Source of the DNA: Convolutriloba macropyga
Lineage: Eukaryota
Reading direction: 5' to 3'
Assembly: GCF_964194025.1 (NCBI RefSeq)
Contig: NC_134472.1
Span: forward strand, 60,140,001 to 60,204,000
DNA: 64,000 bases
Shown: positions 1-11,700 of the stretch, in pieces
How the letters are laid out: each line of letters starts with the position of its first letter
Numbering within the stretch: the first letter of the stretch is position 1
Translations under genes and position numbers: made by a program
The notes under the pieces: model-generated
Told to the model about the DNA's origin: nothing
The model's database searches: none
The model's input: the letters and a program-made list of their open reading frames with translations, nothing else

Positions 1-1973
1 GGAGGATGTTATGCGGGACTTTTTCTTTAGCTTTCTTCATAAGTGTTGAGCTCTGTAGGTCTGCTGTGTATCCCAGGTATTGGAAAGCTTGCACTAAACG
101 TTTCAAGAACAAAGCAAAGGCTACAAAGTTTTGCTTTTTATAGTCATTAGTTGATTTTCAGTTTTCCAATTGATTTATGAAGGCATTCACCACTATTGTA
201 GGATCACAAAATATGACATGAGTTCGTTTAAAGCTGTGCTATAATATGCAGGATCACACGAATACGCTTGGATGACATCTTTTGCTTTTCCAGTAACTGC
301 TTTTTGCAGGTAGGTGATACGATGTGTGTCAGTAATACTGGTGTTGTTATGTACGAGACAAAAAATTTATTTATCCATTCGTGGTACTTCAATGGGTTGC
401 CATTAAAGTTTTGAATTGTAAGAGGTGGTAACTTTATTGAGTGTTTACTCGTTGGATTCTGCCAATATGGAGCTGTGTTTGAGGTCCCTGGTAAAGAATT
501 GATTTCAAATGAAGGGTGTCTGAAACTTTCATTTGATATTGGATGTAATACGCTGGAAAATTGATGTGAATGTGGTAATTGTGACTCGGGATATTGCTCT
601 AATGAAGGCTGTGTTTGTGGGGGAAACGTTGAGATTGGATGAGCAATGGGAAAACTTTCAGTTATTGTTTTTGAACAGGCGGTTTGTTGAACACCGAATG
701 GGTTGAGAGTCTCAATGCCATCGGATTTAACTTGTGACTGTGGCTGGAATTGAGTAAAGTTTCCTGGTAAAATTTTTATCTCTGTGTTTTTCAATTCCTG
801 TCCATTATGCAATGGTAAAGAAAATATGTTAGAAGTTTGAAAATTGTTTGCGTTTTGGCAGGAATTTTCAGAGAACTGATTAAAGTTTGTCATTGTGTTA
901 CTCAGTTCAATTGATTGTTTTGTCTGTTGCGGATCAAAATCTAGATTCTGTGCGTTTTCTTGACTGTAATATTTGACAGAATTGGGATTCATCAAGCGGG
1001 GATTATGTGTTCCTTGGTATTTGGAACAACCCATGCTCTTTGGTTCAAACGTTTGCGTCTGAAACCGTTCCTCGGCGATATCTCGCGAAAATTCAGATAG
1101 CATGTTTTTTGACTGAAATTGGTTATTAAAGTTTTCCTGAGGAAAATGGTTTTGAAATTATTTTGCGTGCTTACAAAATTAAGCAGCTGGCCTGAATCAT
1201 TGTGTGCTTTAAGCTGCTGCTGGTTGACTGTAAAATTATCAACAGCAGATAACGTTGTATCACTGAGAGCAAAACGATCGAGAGTTTTTGCGACGGTCGT
1301 CTCAGGTTTCGCAAAATTTTTATCCGAGTTTTTTAATTCTGTTTTGGATTCAAATGTGTTATTGATGTTAATTGGTCTGAAAAAACTTGCTGTACTCATT
1401 CCCATAGAAAGCGGATTTTTATTGTTGCCATTTAAAAACTTTGACATTTGTTTTGTCGTGTGGCATTCAGACAAAAACAGTGATGGTTTCTCCGGTCTCG
1501 GTGGTAAAGGTGGTGTTTTGCTGGAGAATGATGAACGTTCTGGGTTGCTTGCTTCTGGAATCTCGTTCATTGATGGTGAGCATCTCCGTGAGGTTGGATA
1601 TCTGGCAGTCGTATGAGTTGTTACACTGACATCATCGCTTATCCTAGTTGAAGATTGGCTGAGTAGTCCATCGTCATCTAAACTGTCAATTTCGTGTTCA
1701 AATTTCTCTAGACGTGACAGAAGGTTTGAATATCGTTCCATGACAGGCGAAGTGCTGCTGGAGCTCGGATTTTTCTTTTAACACGGCATCAAGTGTTGTT
1801 TTCAGCTCGTCAACATTTGCTTTTGCTTTATTGATGAGCAGGGTGAGTGATCTGAAACTCTTTCGCTGATCGATTGCAGTTTTTAAGAGGTCCAGCTTGC
1901 TTTTCAAACTCAGCTCCGCAATTTTGATTTTGTTTAACGCGTACTGGCAACTTTGACTGTTCTTCTTTGTCAT
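1..1973 (-). pseudogene. BEL/Pao gag pseudogene (coiled-coil N-terminus, low-complexity linker, capsid/DUF1759 region)
   Basis: ORFs 1698-2048, 992-1741 and 228-1103 join by frameshifts from ATG 1973 (MTKKNSQ); after a further frameshift near 365 it reads ITDTHRITYLQKAVTGKAKDVIQAY, homologous to gag of element 2 (LTYLKTLVTGKAKTAI). Confidence 0.85.
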
Positions 1974-2889
1974 CTTGCTCTTGTTGGTCTTTTTCGTACT
2001 AACAGGTAAAAAAAAACGGCTTCGAAACCGGAGCGACGCAAATTTCAAAGTCGAAAAACAGTAATTATGAGACTGTGAGGCTAATCAGCCCCAGTTTTTG
2101 TTGTTAAAAATACGACGCAACGTTTCTTAAAAATAGAATCCTGTTGTTTTTTTTGTGCTAAATCTAGCTAGTTTTATCTAAAAAAAAGAAAAAATAAACA
2201 TGTGCGCGCGCTTGTTTCGTTATTTCAATAAACACGACCAAATAATTGCTGAAATTTGGGGAAATTAAGATTTCCTTATGAGTATAATAAGTGTATGGCT
2301 CTTGAATAGTTTTTTGTTACAATCTTTTACAAGTACAAAACCTTTTTTGAAAAAGGAAAAAAAAAATCCTTAGAGGCTGCTACTGCTTAGTACCTGTGTT
2401 GAAAATGTTTAAAAGTTTTTTTTTTCTTGCGGTGCGAATAGGCAACGTAAGCTACAGACAAGCAGACAAGACAACTCGACTTGTACTGGGGCTCGTTTGA
2501 AATTCTTTCCTCTTAAATTGAACTGCTTGCTTCTTGTTTTCTTTTCAAAACTTTTGAAATCTTTACTTTGAGAATTCCTTCCGCTCTTGTGACTGCTGAC
2601 ACTAAGTTTTGAAGATCATCTACTATGGTAACTACTGACACCAAAAATACTCTCTCCTTCTATCTGGTGACTACTGAGACCAAAAAGAGGGGCAAAGGGA
2701 CTTCTTTCGGCAACTTCTGAGACCGCGGACAAAAAAGGAAGAGACGTTTGAGTTATCCTCAAGGAAGTATTTGTGTGAGCAAATTTAAGAGTGGAGTTAT
2801 TTTGAGCTTTTGAAAACACAAATTGAAAACAAAAAATGTGATTGTCTGGTCTCTTAGGGATACATACTACCCCATTAACTAGGCTCGCG

Positions 2890-5800
2890 GCTAGTAGTAT
2901 GCATTTTTTTTGTGAAAGAAGCAATTGGCAAATGTTCTGTTGCCTCTTTACTAAATGCAAAATCGAAATACTAAATTTGAAGCTTGTTTTAAACCAAACT
3001 CAGGGGGCTCAATGAATCAGTTTTCTAAGATCTACTAATTGTTTATTTCAAAACGTCAGGAAAACATTTTTTTGAATTTTAAAGTCAAAGATGCAATTTT
3101 GCTAAATTCAAGCTGCTTCCTTACTAGAATGCAAAATTGATCAACTAACTTTAAAGCTTGTAATATGGCAAACTGAAGGGGCTCAATTAACGGTTTTTTT
3201 TAATGGATTTAGTAATTGCATCTATCGAAATGTCAATAAAACGTTTTTTGAATTTTTAAAGTCAAAGATGGAATTTTGTCAAAATATAGTTGCCTCTTTT
3301 TTAAAATTCAAAACTCATAAACTAAGTTTGAAACTTGTATTATAGCAGACTGAGGGAGCCCAATCAATAGGGCTTCTTGGATCTACTAATTGTTTATATC
3401 ATAACGTAAAGAAAACGTTTTTTGAATTTTTAAAGTCAAAGATGCAATTTTTGCCAAATTCTAGTTGCCTCCTTGTTAAAATGCGAAACCCATAAACTAA
3501 CTTTGAAACTTGTATTATATCAAACTGAGGAGGCCCAATCAATAGGTTTTCTTGGATCTACTAATTGTTTATATCATAACGTCAAGAAAACCTTTTTTTG
3601 AATTTTCAAAGTCAAAGATGCAATTTTTGCCAAATTCTAGTTGCCTCTTTGTTAAAATGCAAAACTCATAAACTAAGTTTGAATTTTGTATTATAGCAGA
3701 CTGAGGGAGCCCAATCAATAGATTTTCTTGGATCTACTAATTGTTTATATCATAACGTAAAGAAAACGTTTTTTGAATTTTCAAAGTCAAAGATGCAATT
3801 TTTGCCAAATTCTAGTTGCCTCTTTGTTAAAATGCGAAATCCATAAACTAACTTTGAAAATGGTATAATAACAAAGTGAGGGGGCCCAATCAATAGTTTT
3901 TATTGAACCTACTAATTGTTTATATCATAACGTAAAGAAAACGTTTTTTGAAATTTTAAAGTCAAAGATGCAATTTTTGCCAAATTCTAGTTGCCTCTTT
4001 GTTAAAATTCAAAACTAATAAACTAAGTTTAAAACTTGTATTATAGCAGACTGAGGGAGCCCAATCAATAGGGCTTCTTGGATCTACTAATTGTTTATAT
4101 CATAACGTAAAGAAAACGTTTTTTGAATTTTTAAAGTCAAAGATGCAATTTTTGCCAAATTCTAGTTGCCTCCTTGTTAAAATGCGAAACCCATAAACTA
4201 ACTTTGAAACTTGTATTATATCAAACTGAGGAGGCCCAATCAATAGGTTTTCTTGGATCTACTAATTGTTTATATCATAACGTAAAGAAAACGTTTTTTG
4301 AATTTTCAAAGTCAAAGATGCAATTTTTGCCAAATTCTAGTTGCCTCTTTGTTAAAATGCAAAACTCATAAACTAAGTTTGAATTTTGTATTATAGCAGA
4401 CTGAGGGAGCCCAATCAATAGATTTTCTTGGATCTACTAATTGTTTATATCATAACGTAAAGAAAACGTTTTTTGAATTTTCAAAGTCAAAGATGCAATT
4501 TTTGCCAAATTCTAGTTGCCTCTTTGTTAAAATGCGAAATCCATAAACTAACTTTGAAACTGGTATAATAACAAAGTGAGGGGGCCCAATCAATAGTTTT
4601 TCTTGAACCTACTAATTGTTTATATCATAACGTAAAGAAAACGTTTTTTGAAATTTTAAAGTCAAAGATGCAATTTTTGCCAAATTCAAGCTGCTTCTTT
4701 ACTAGAATGCAAAATTGATCAACTAACTTTAAAGCTTGTAACATGGCAAACTGAAGGGGCTCAATTAACGTTTTTTTTTAATGGATTTAGTAATTGCATC
4801 TATCAAAATGTCAATAAACGTTTTTTGAATTTTTAAAGTCAAAGATGGAATTTTGTCAAAATATAGTTGCCTCTTTGTTAAAATTCAAAACTAATAAACT
4901 AAGTTTAAAACTTGTATTATAGCAGACTGAGAGAGCCCAATCAATAGGTCTTCTTGGATCTACTAATTGTTTATATCATAACGTAAAGAAAACTTTTTTT
5001 GAATTTTTAAAGTCAAAGATGCAATTTTTGCCAAATTCTAGTTGCCTCCTTGTTAAAATGCGAAACCCATAAACTAACTTTGAAACTTGTATTATAACAA
5101 ACTGAGGGGGCCCAATCAATAGGTTTTCTTGGATCTACTAATTGTTTATATCATAACGTAAAGAAAACGTTTTTTGAATTTTCAAAGTCAAAGATGCAAT
5201 TTTTGCCAAATTCTAGTTGCCTCTTTGTTAAAATGCAAAACTTATAAACTAAGTTTGAATTTTGTGTTATAGCAGACTGAGGGAGCCCAATCAATAGATT
5301 TTCTTGGATCTACTAATTGTCTATATCATAACGTAAAGAAAAAGTTTTTTGAATTTTTAAAGTCAGAGATTCAATTTTTGCCAAATTCTAGTTGCCTCTT
5401 TGTTAAAATGCGAAATCCATAAACTAACTTTGAAAATGGTATAATAACAAAGTGAGGGGGCCCAATCAATAGTTTTTCTTGAACCTACTAATTGTTTATA
5501 TCATAACGTAAAGAAAACGTTTTTTGAAATTTTAAAGTCAAAGATGCAATTTTTGCCAAATTCTAGTTGCCTCTTTGTTAAAATGCAAAACCCGTAAACT
5601 AACTTTAAAACTGGTTTAATAACAAACTGAGGTGGCTCAACCAATAGGTTTTCTTGAACCTACTAATTGTTTACATCATAACGTATAGAAAACGTTTTTT
5701 GAATTTTTAAAGTCAAAGATGCAATTTTTGCCAAACTCTAGTTGCCTCTTTGTTAAACTGCAAAACCCATAAACTAACTTTAAAACTGGTATAATAACAA

Positions 5801-6070
5801 ACTGAGGGGGCCCAATCATTAAGTTTTCTTGAACCTACTAATTGTTTATATCATAACGTAAAGAAAACTTTTTTTGAATTTTTAAAGTCAAAGATGCAAT
5901 TTTTGCCAAACTCTAGTTGACTCTTTGTTAAAGTGCAAAACCCATAAACTAACTTTAAAACTGGTATGATAACAAACTGAGGGGGCCCAATCATTAGGTT
6001 TTCTTGGATTTATTAAAAAGTTTCCATTAAAAGGTTGGAAAAACGTTTTTGATTTTTGGCGCTCAAAAAA
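2890..6070. repeat. 175-bp tandem satellite, about 18 copies, with 4-mer/5-mer higher-order structure
   Basis: Motif (c/g)TGAGG recurs at 3351, 3526, 3702, 3877, 4052 ... 5803, 5978; core copies are highly similar. Confidence 0.97.
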
Positions 6071-6717
6071 GCACTTTTGCAAATTTTTCGTTTTTTGAGC
6101 AAAAATTTTACATTAACAACTAAGCTTTAAAAAAGTCAATTTAAAGTCCAACTGAGGTGTTCTTTTCAACTGCTAATTTTACTGTTATGTAAATTTTTTG
6201 CGACAAATTCAGAAAAATGTTTTTGAATTTTTCTGATGCAAAAAACGCTATATCGTTTTTTCGTAAAATCTGTGCGTTTTTTTGCTGCTAAATGCTGACA
6301 TGTGGTTTCTCATGGCTATTTTTTTTCATAAAGTATCGACAAAAGCTCGTTGGGGGACAATTTTCATGTTTTTGAGATTTTTGTCGCAAAAAAATTCAAG
6401 TTTTTTGGATACGTCTAACCGGGAAAGGGACTTCTGAGGTGACGTCTGGGACCTCGGGCTATCATCTCTTGGTGACGTCTGCAACTAAAAAAAAGTCAGG
6501 CTTTCTTGATCGGGTGACGTCTGATCCAAAAAAAACATTGTCTTGGGAGTCTTTTCCTGATGCTGATTGTCTTCGTCGTGATCAGTATTGGTCTAAGAAC
6601 CCATTGAATTCTGACACTTGGTACCGTTTCTTTGTCTCTTTGTCCTTGGGGGGGGGGGGTGATGTCACCCTCTTTGTTTTAAAAATATTCCGTTTCAGAA
6701 GGTAGACTATGTTTCTT

Positions 6718-6738
6718 AATCACGTCGGTAGGTCTCCA
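6718..6738 (-). other. Primer-binding site (tRNA-Trp-like) of BEL element 1
   Basis: Minus strand TGGAGACCTACCGACGTGATT versus canonical Trp PBS TGGTGACCCCGACGTGATT; lies a few nt from the candidate LTR end. Confidence 0.7.
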
Positions 6739-6744
6739 AATTTA

Positions 6745-7279
6745 TGTAATGAAACATATATTCTAGACTTTTGGTTGCTCATATTTGGTTGCGACTTCTT
6801 GTCAGATGTTTTTGGGAAAGAGTAACTCTCTAGTTTTTGGCGGTAGTTTTAATCATCAGCAAATGTCATGCTTTTCTTGAGTTCCCAAGGTCATTGGGAA
6901 CAAGGAGTCATCATCCACTTTAAAAATTTGAAAGTTTGCAAATGTCTTGGTGCTATCTTTTATGCTACTTGAATGGCCGGTGTATGGTTTACAAAAACTA
7001 CTGATAACAATGAGACCACTCGGCTGGTTGATATGCTTAGACTTTTGGAAATCGGATTTTAATCTTCAGCCAACAAATACAATCGTTATAAAGTCTTCTG
7101 AAAATCTAATTAAACTCCACCACTCATTTCGTCATCACTTGAAAAAATCTTGTGGCTTGACTTCAACAATCATCAGAATAGTATTTCTTTCTGACATCTG
7201 CAAACAGCTATTACCCAAACCATTGTCAACTTCAACAAAAGTTTATGTTCTTTTCTGCTGTGGGAAAACTAATTTAACA
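6745..7279 (-). repeat. Candidate 5' LTR of BEL element 1 (about 535 bp)
   Basis: Minus strand starts TGTTAAAT (7279) and ends ATTACA (6745), next to the PBS; partner LTR is outside the window. Confidence 0.5.
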
Positions 7280-9030
7280 TCGGAAGCTGTTTTTATAGCC
7301 TCCGGCTACGAGAACAGTTTCCGCACTTGTCTCCAGCCTCCCAACTGAACGCAGAAAAAACCAGCTTACGAAGTGAGACAAAATTTTCCAGCGTTCAACG
7401 GTAGCAGGAATGGGGTTGTTTCGATGCCAGATTTTAGAAGCGGTTTCAGTCTGGCTGTTAATCATTCAGGCCGGCGATACTGAGACGAACCCTGGACGAG
7501 AAATATGTGGATGGTGAGGTGAGGCTGTGGCAACGAGACACTTAGAATGCCAAAGGTGCCATACTAAATTGCACAAGAGCTGGCAGACTCTCATGTCTTG
7601 CACAACGTAGTGGAGACTTAGACCGAGAGATACGAACCACACATCCAGGCATCACCTGTCAAAGCTACGCAGTTGAAATCCATTGTGAATGCGGATCTAT
7701 TCCGCGGCCTGCCAGACAAGACCACCACTATCAATGAATATGTAAAGTGTGCCGCGCGAGACCGCAGTAGGAACAACAAAAAGCGCCAGGAGAAAATTAT
7801 GAATACCGAATCTGCGCAGGAGTAATCAGTAAGCGAGCAAATTGGAGATTCTCTAGCTGAGGAAATGAAGCCCACCTGAAGCGCTCAGCGGAAGATTGGA
7901 AGTGCGACGCTCTCAGACCCGAATACAAGCAACCAACACAAAGCAACAAAGAATCTAGTCCAAAGGATCTAAAGGGATCATCATGCAAGCACTGCCGAGG
8001 GATCATAAAGAAGAAATCCCCAAGAGTTTTATGTTAAAACTGTGCCGGTATATTTCTCGTAAAAAAATCGTAGGAAGCACCAGACTGGTACTTGCCTCAG
8101 TGCACTTTACCAGCCGACATGCACTGGGGCTAACGCCAAGGAAACGAGAAACTGCATTACCTTGTTACAAAGGAACTGCTGTGGTATCCTCTCAAGTTGG
8201 AAAGAACTGGAGACAATCCTGTGGACAAATAGTGCTGATGTAGCATGTATTCAAAAAAACAAAGCTCATTCCAATGCACATGATCCCGCAAATCACTGCG
8301 GAGACATCAACCGCGAGAGGAGGAAGCTTAATAATACTTGTCAGGAGTGAATTGAATTAATATCTGATTACGAGTAAGATGCAAGAGCAGAACCCTGGTT
8401 TGGTGTCCCTCGCACTGGAAGTGGTGGCGGGGATAGAAGCTTTAAAACAATGAATATCTATATGCCAACAACGTCATCGCCCACTCTTGTGGAGACAACT
8501 GCAACCTGTAACAATTTGACAATCGAAATTGACGAAAAGGAAATGGCAATGGGTGACTTAAACTCCCACGACGAGTTGCGGGACCGTAAAACGAAGTCGG
8601 ACACACGTGATGTGGACCTCGCTGAAAGCTTGCTGGAAGCTGAAGCCGAAGTGATGAACACAGGAGAGGCTACAAGAATGGACCCTTGGACAGAACGTCT
8701 AATGTCGCCTGACATCACCCTAGTCCTCAGTCAACATACTACTGGCGAGCATTGGAAGGTCGTACAGGAGCAAAATCCAGACCACTTTGCAATTTTGTTT
8801 ACCGTTCTACTGACAATAGAGGCTAAGAAGAGTGAGTGTCACCTATAGTTGGACTGCTAACGAGCAGACTGAACATTTTTCACAAATCAATTGAAGGAAC
8901 AACAAGATAGTAAAGATTGGACATCAGTACATAGAGAATGTAAAGACCTGGAGTCCTCCATTCGGAAATGCTCACACACGCATATCATAATAAAAAAGGC
9001 GGCAAGGGAAGAATCTGGCAGTATGGAGAA
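7280..9030 (+). mobile_element. Ingi/I-group LINE, 5' part (degenerate): structured 5' UTR, 2A-like peptide, PHD-like fingers, APE endonuclease
   Basis: ATG 7410 leads to LIIQAGDTETNPGR; repeated CxxC/W-x-C motifs at 7500-8105; APE motifs LQRNCCGI...DVACIQ, MGDLNSH, SPDITL, DHFAI; many stops and frameshifts. Confidence 0.85.
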
Positions 9031-9038
9031 GAATCTGG

Positions 9039-9192
9039 CAGACAAAAAACCAGTAAAAGAGCATCAAAAAAACCTTGCCGTCTAAACTCTCACTTGTTGC
9101 TATGTACATTACAATCTTAATACGTAACAATGCTAATACGTTACTTGAATTGAAGATACGAAAGAGTGTTGTTTTGTTTTACACCTTTGATA
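9039..9192 (+). repeat. Truncated 5' LTR of BEL element 2
   Basis: About 154 bp with roughly 5 differences from the distal part of the 3' LTR; followed directly by TGGTGCCGT. Confidence 0.9.
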
Positions 9193-9201
9193 TGGTGCCG
9201 T
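9193..9201 (+). other. Primer-binding site (tRNA-His-like) of BEL element 2
   Basis: TGGTGCCGT equals the first 9 nt of the tRNA-His PBS TGGTGCCGTGACT, immediately after the LTR. Confidence 0.6.
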
Positions 9202-10399
9202 TCCTTATTGAACCAACTATTAGCCGAATCGTTGTTGTAGCAGCAAATTTCTATATTGAAGATTGTCTCTTCCGGATGGCCTATGAGTTATTACCTTCAT
9301 TCGTTGCAATTGATTCGAACTCCTTGTTGTTCCGACCCTCTTGAGGGGGGAGGAACTATATGCTCAACTGGGTTTTTTTTTGTTCCGTGAATTTTCGCCG
9401 CTCGATATATTCATCGTAGAGAGTTGAGACTGGTATCATTAGAAAGCTCGTCCAGCGTAGAATATGGAATTAAACAGATTTTTTAATTTTCGTTTTCTAC
9501 AGGGAGTTATCGAGGCTTAAACTTCTGAGAAAAGAAGAGTGAATTCACGTTGTTTTTATTCACATTTTCCGGAATTTTTGCCTAAATTTTCGTCAATTTT
9601 GCTAAAATTTGTTATAATTTTTAAAAATAGTGTCGTTGATTTTATTTTTGAAGACGAACAAGCATTTTTGATTGTTTTGATTTAATTTTTTGGTCAAAAA
9701 ATCTGGATAAACATTTCAAAATTTAGCCTTTTTCATCAACAACAGCACGAAATAGTCCACTTTGATTAAATTTGCCTACAGTACACCCCCAAACAACACT
9801 CATACAATCTTTGTAGACTCAGAGGGGGGCTATTTCTACTTCAGAGTCCGCAGAGAGTGCCTTGTAGTTAAAACTTTGCCGTTTTTTGCTAACTTTACTC
9901 GTTGATTATCAAAAATGCAAAATTTATTTTGAGTTTCAACTCAGAAATTACCTATATCTACAACATTCGAAAAATCAATTGTTCTTAACGGACAATAAGT
10001 ATTAACAGGGGTAGTTTTGGGCCATTCTTGGACTGTTACAATCCAAAAAAATCGGGTTGTAATCAGTCGGTCTTTTTTTAAAAAAAAAAGACTTTTTTTT
10101 TAATAATAAAGAACAGAACATATCAAATCAAAGCTCAGGAGTGATAGGTCCAACCAATTCGCTTGCTAAGCAGCTCCAAGCTAATGCATTTAGTTTTTTA
10201 ATTGAAAGTTTATGGTTGTTTCTTTTTTTAAAAATAACTGACTTTTCAATAAATAATAGCTTAATTAACTTTTCCTCTATTTTTTTCTTAATTTGTTCAA
10301 CTTTGAGCTTAGTGTCAGCAAAGAAAGACTGATTCTTCTTTCTACTGATTTAACATTTATTCTCGGTGGCAGTTTAAAGCCTGAAGTTATTGTTTTCTG

Positions 10400-11700
10400 G
10401 CTTTGATTCTACAAGATTTCAGATTTTTTTTGTTTTGATATTTGCCAGTTTTTCTTGTTTTCTAATTTTGTCACATTATCATATTTTTGACAGTTCTCAT
10501 GTCACCTTATTAGCATTTAGAATAAGGCACAATTGAACATATTAAAATCCTGAAAGATATACATCATCGTTTTAACGGCCTCGACGCCTCTTTCTTGAAG
10601 AAATCAATTGAATTTTTTAATTTTTGTCTCTAACTGTCATTTATACTTTGTCGTTTCGGTCATATGAAATTTCCTGTATAGTGATAGCTTTCATTGGCTT
10701 TTCATGGAAGAATAAAAAAAACCGATATTCTGATATTAGCAGATAGCTGATGGCTTTTATGACCTTCAAACCCATCGTTTTCCAAAATTAAAAAAAAAAC
10801 TTTTTTAACTTCGCAATTTTGTTCTTTTTATGTTTCTTTTTTGTTACCTAATCTCGTTAGTTGATTACAGGTCAAATATGACATTATGGGTGTCAAGGGA
10901 ATAAAAGGGATTGGTGTCCCAAAATCTTTTTTTTAAAGAATTTGTTATGACCTTAATGGCTTCGACACCGGTTTTTCACAAAAAAAAAGTAAAATTAGTT
11001 TGGTTTTTGTCATATTTGACGTTCTTTTTTAGATGCAAGAAATATTCTGGATAATTACAGGTCTCGAGGGCTTCCTTTTCATGAATAAATGACCCTATTT
11101 AAATAGCTCTTTTTGTAATTAATGCCTTTCATGACATTGAATGTAATTTTGTTTCGAAAAAAAAATTAAAAGTATTACATACTTTAGCACTTCGCTTTTT
11201 TGTCTACTTGTTACCTAGTCTTACTAATGAATGGCCACGTACTACATTATAGCTGTTTGAAGAAGGCACAATCAAATATATTTTGAGTGCCAAAATTTGG
11301 CTTGACGGTTTTGACAGCGTTTTCTGGCAGGTTTCAATTGAAGTTTTGTTTGTTCTTTGTTGTTCTTTTTAGCCGCTCTAAAAAATGAATAAGGTCAGGT
11401 CCTAATGCCCTTCTATAGAAGCAGTGGTAATCGCCAATTTGTGGTAATATTAATTTATTCCTAATGGTATTTACTACTTTGAAGTTAATTGTTTCGAAAA
11501 AATAAGTTAATTTTTTTTACTTTTCTGTTTTTGTTCTTTTTTGTATAATTGTTACCAAACCTTTTTATGGACTGGTCGCATATGTTTTCTGGTGATTTAT
11601 AAGTTATTTTTGTTTAGTTTCAGGTTTATCTGACGGTATGTTGACTTTGTTATTAAATTTAGTTTTTAAGAGGGACATAAATTTTTTGATGTAATTAATG
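10400..11700. repeat. Highly diverged tandem array, period about 180 bp
   Basis: Related motif (ttt)a(a/t)(c/t)g(g/a)c.t(t/c)gac recurs near 10570, 10755, 10950, 11127, 11303, 11470, 11630; gattacaggtc at 10863 and 11052. Confidence 0.5.

Larger units (their letters stand above)
1..7279 (-). mobile_element. BEL/Pao LTR retrotransposon 1 (5' part, runs off the left edge): 5' LTR, PBS, long leader containing a satellite, frameshifted gag
   Basis: Minus-strand gag with BEL DUF1759-type motif IKLPPLTIQNFNGNPLKYHEW; tRNA-Trp-like PBS at 6718-6738; candidate LTR with TGTTA...TTACA ends at 7279-6745. Continuity across the 4.7-kb leader is inferred. Confidence 0.65.

Noticed and set aside
1119-1616. 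165-aa plus-strand ORF, and similar minus-strand ORFs across 15.4-20.5 kb
   Set aside because: Antisense to BEL gag/pol with no independent motifs.
9342-9354. GAGGGGGGAGGA as a polypurine tract of a separate mini LTR element
   Set aside because: Not followed by TG or by any LTR copy.
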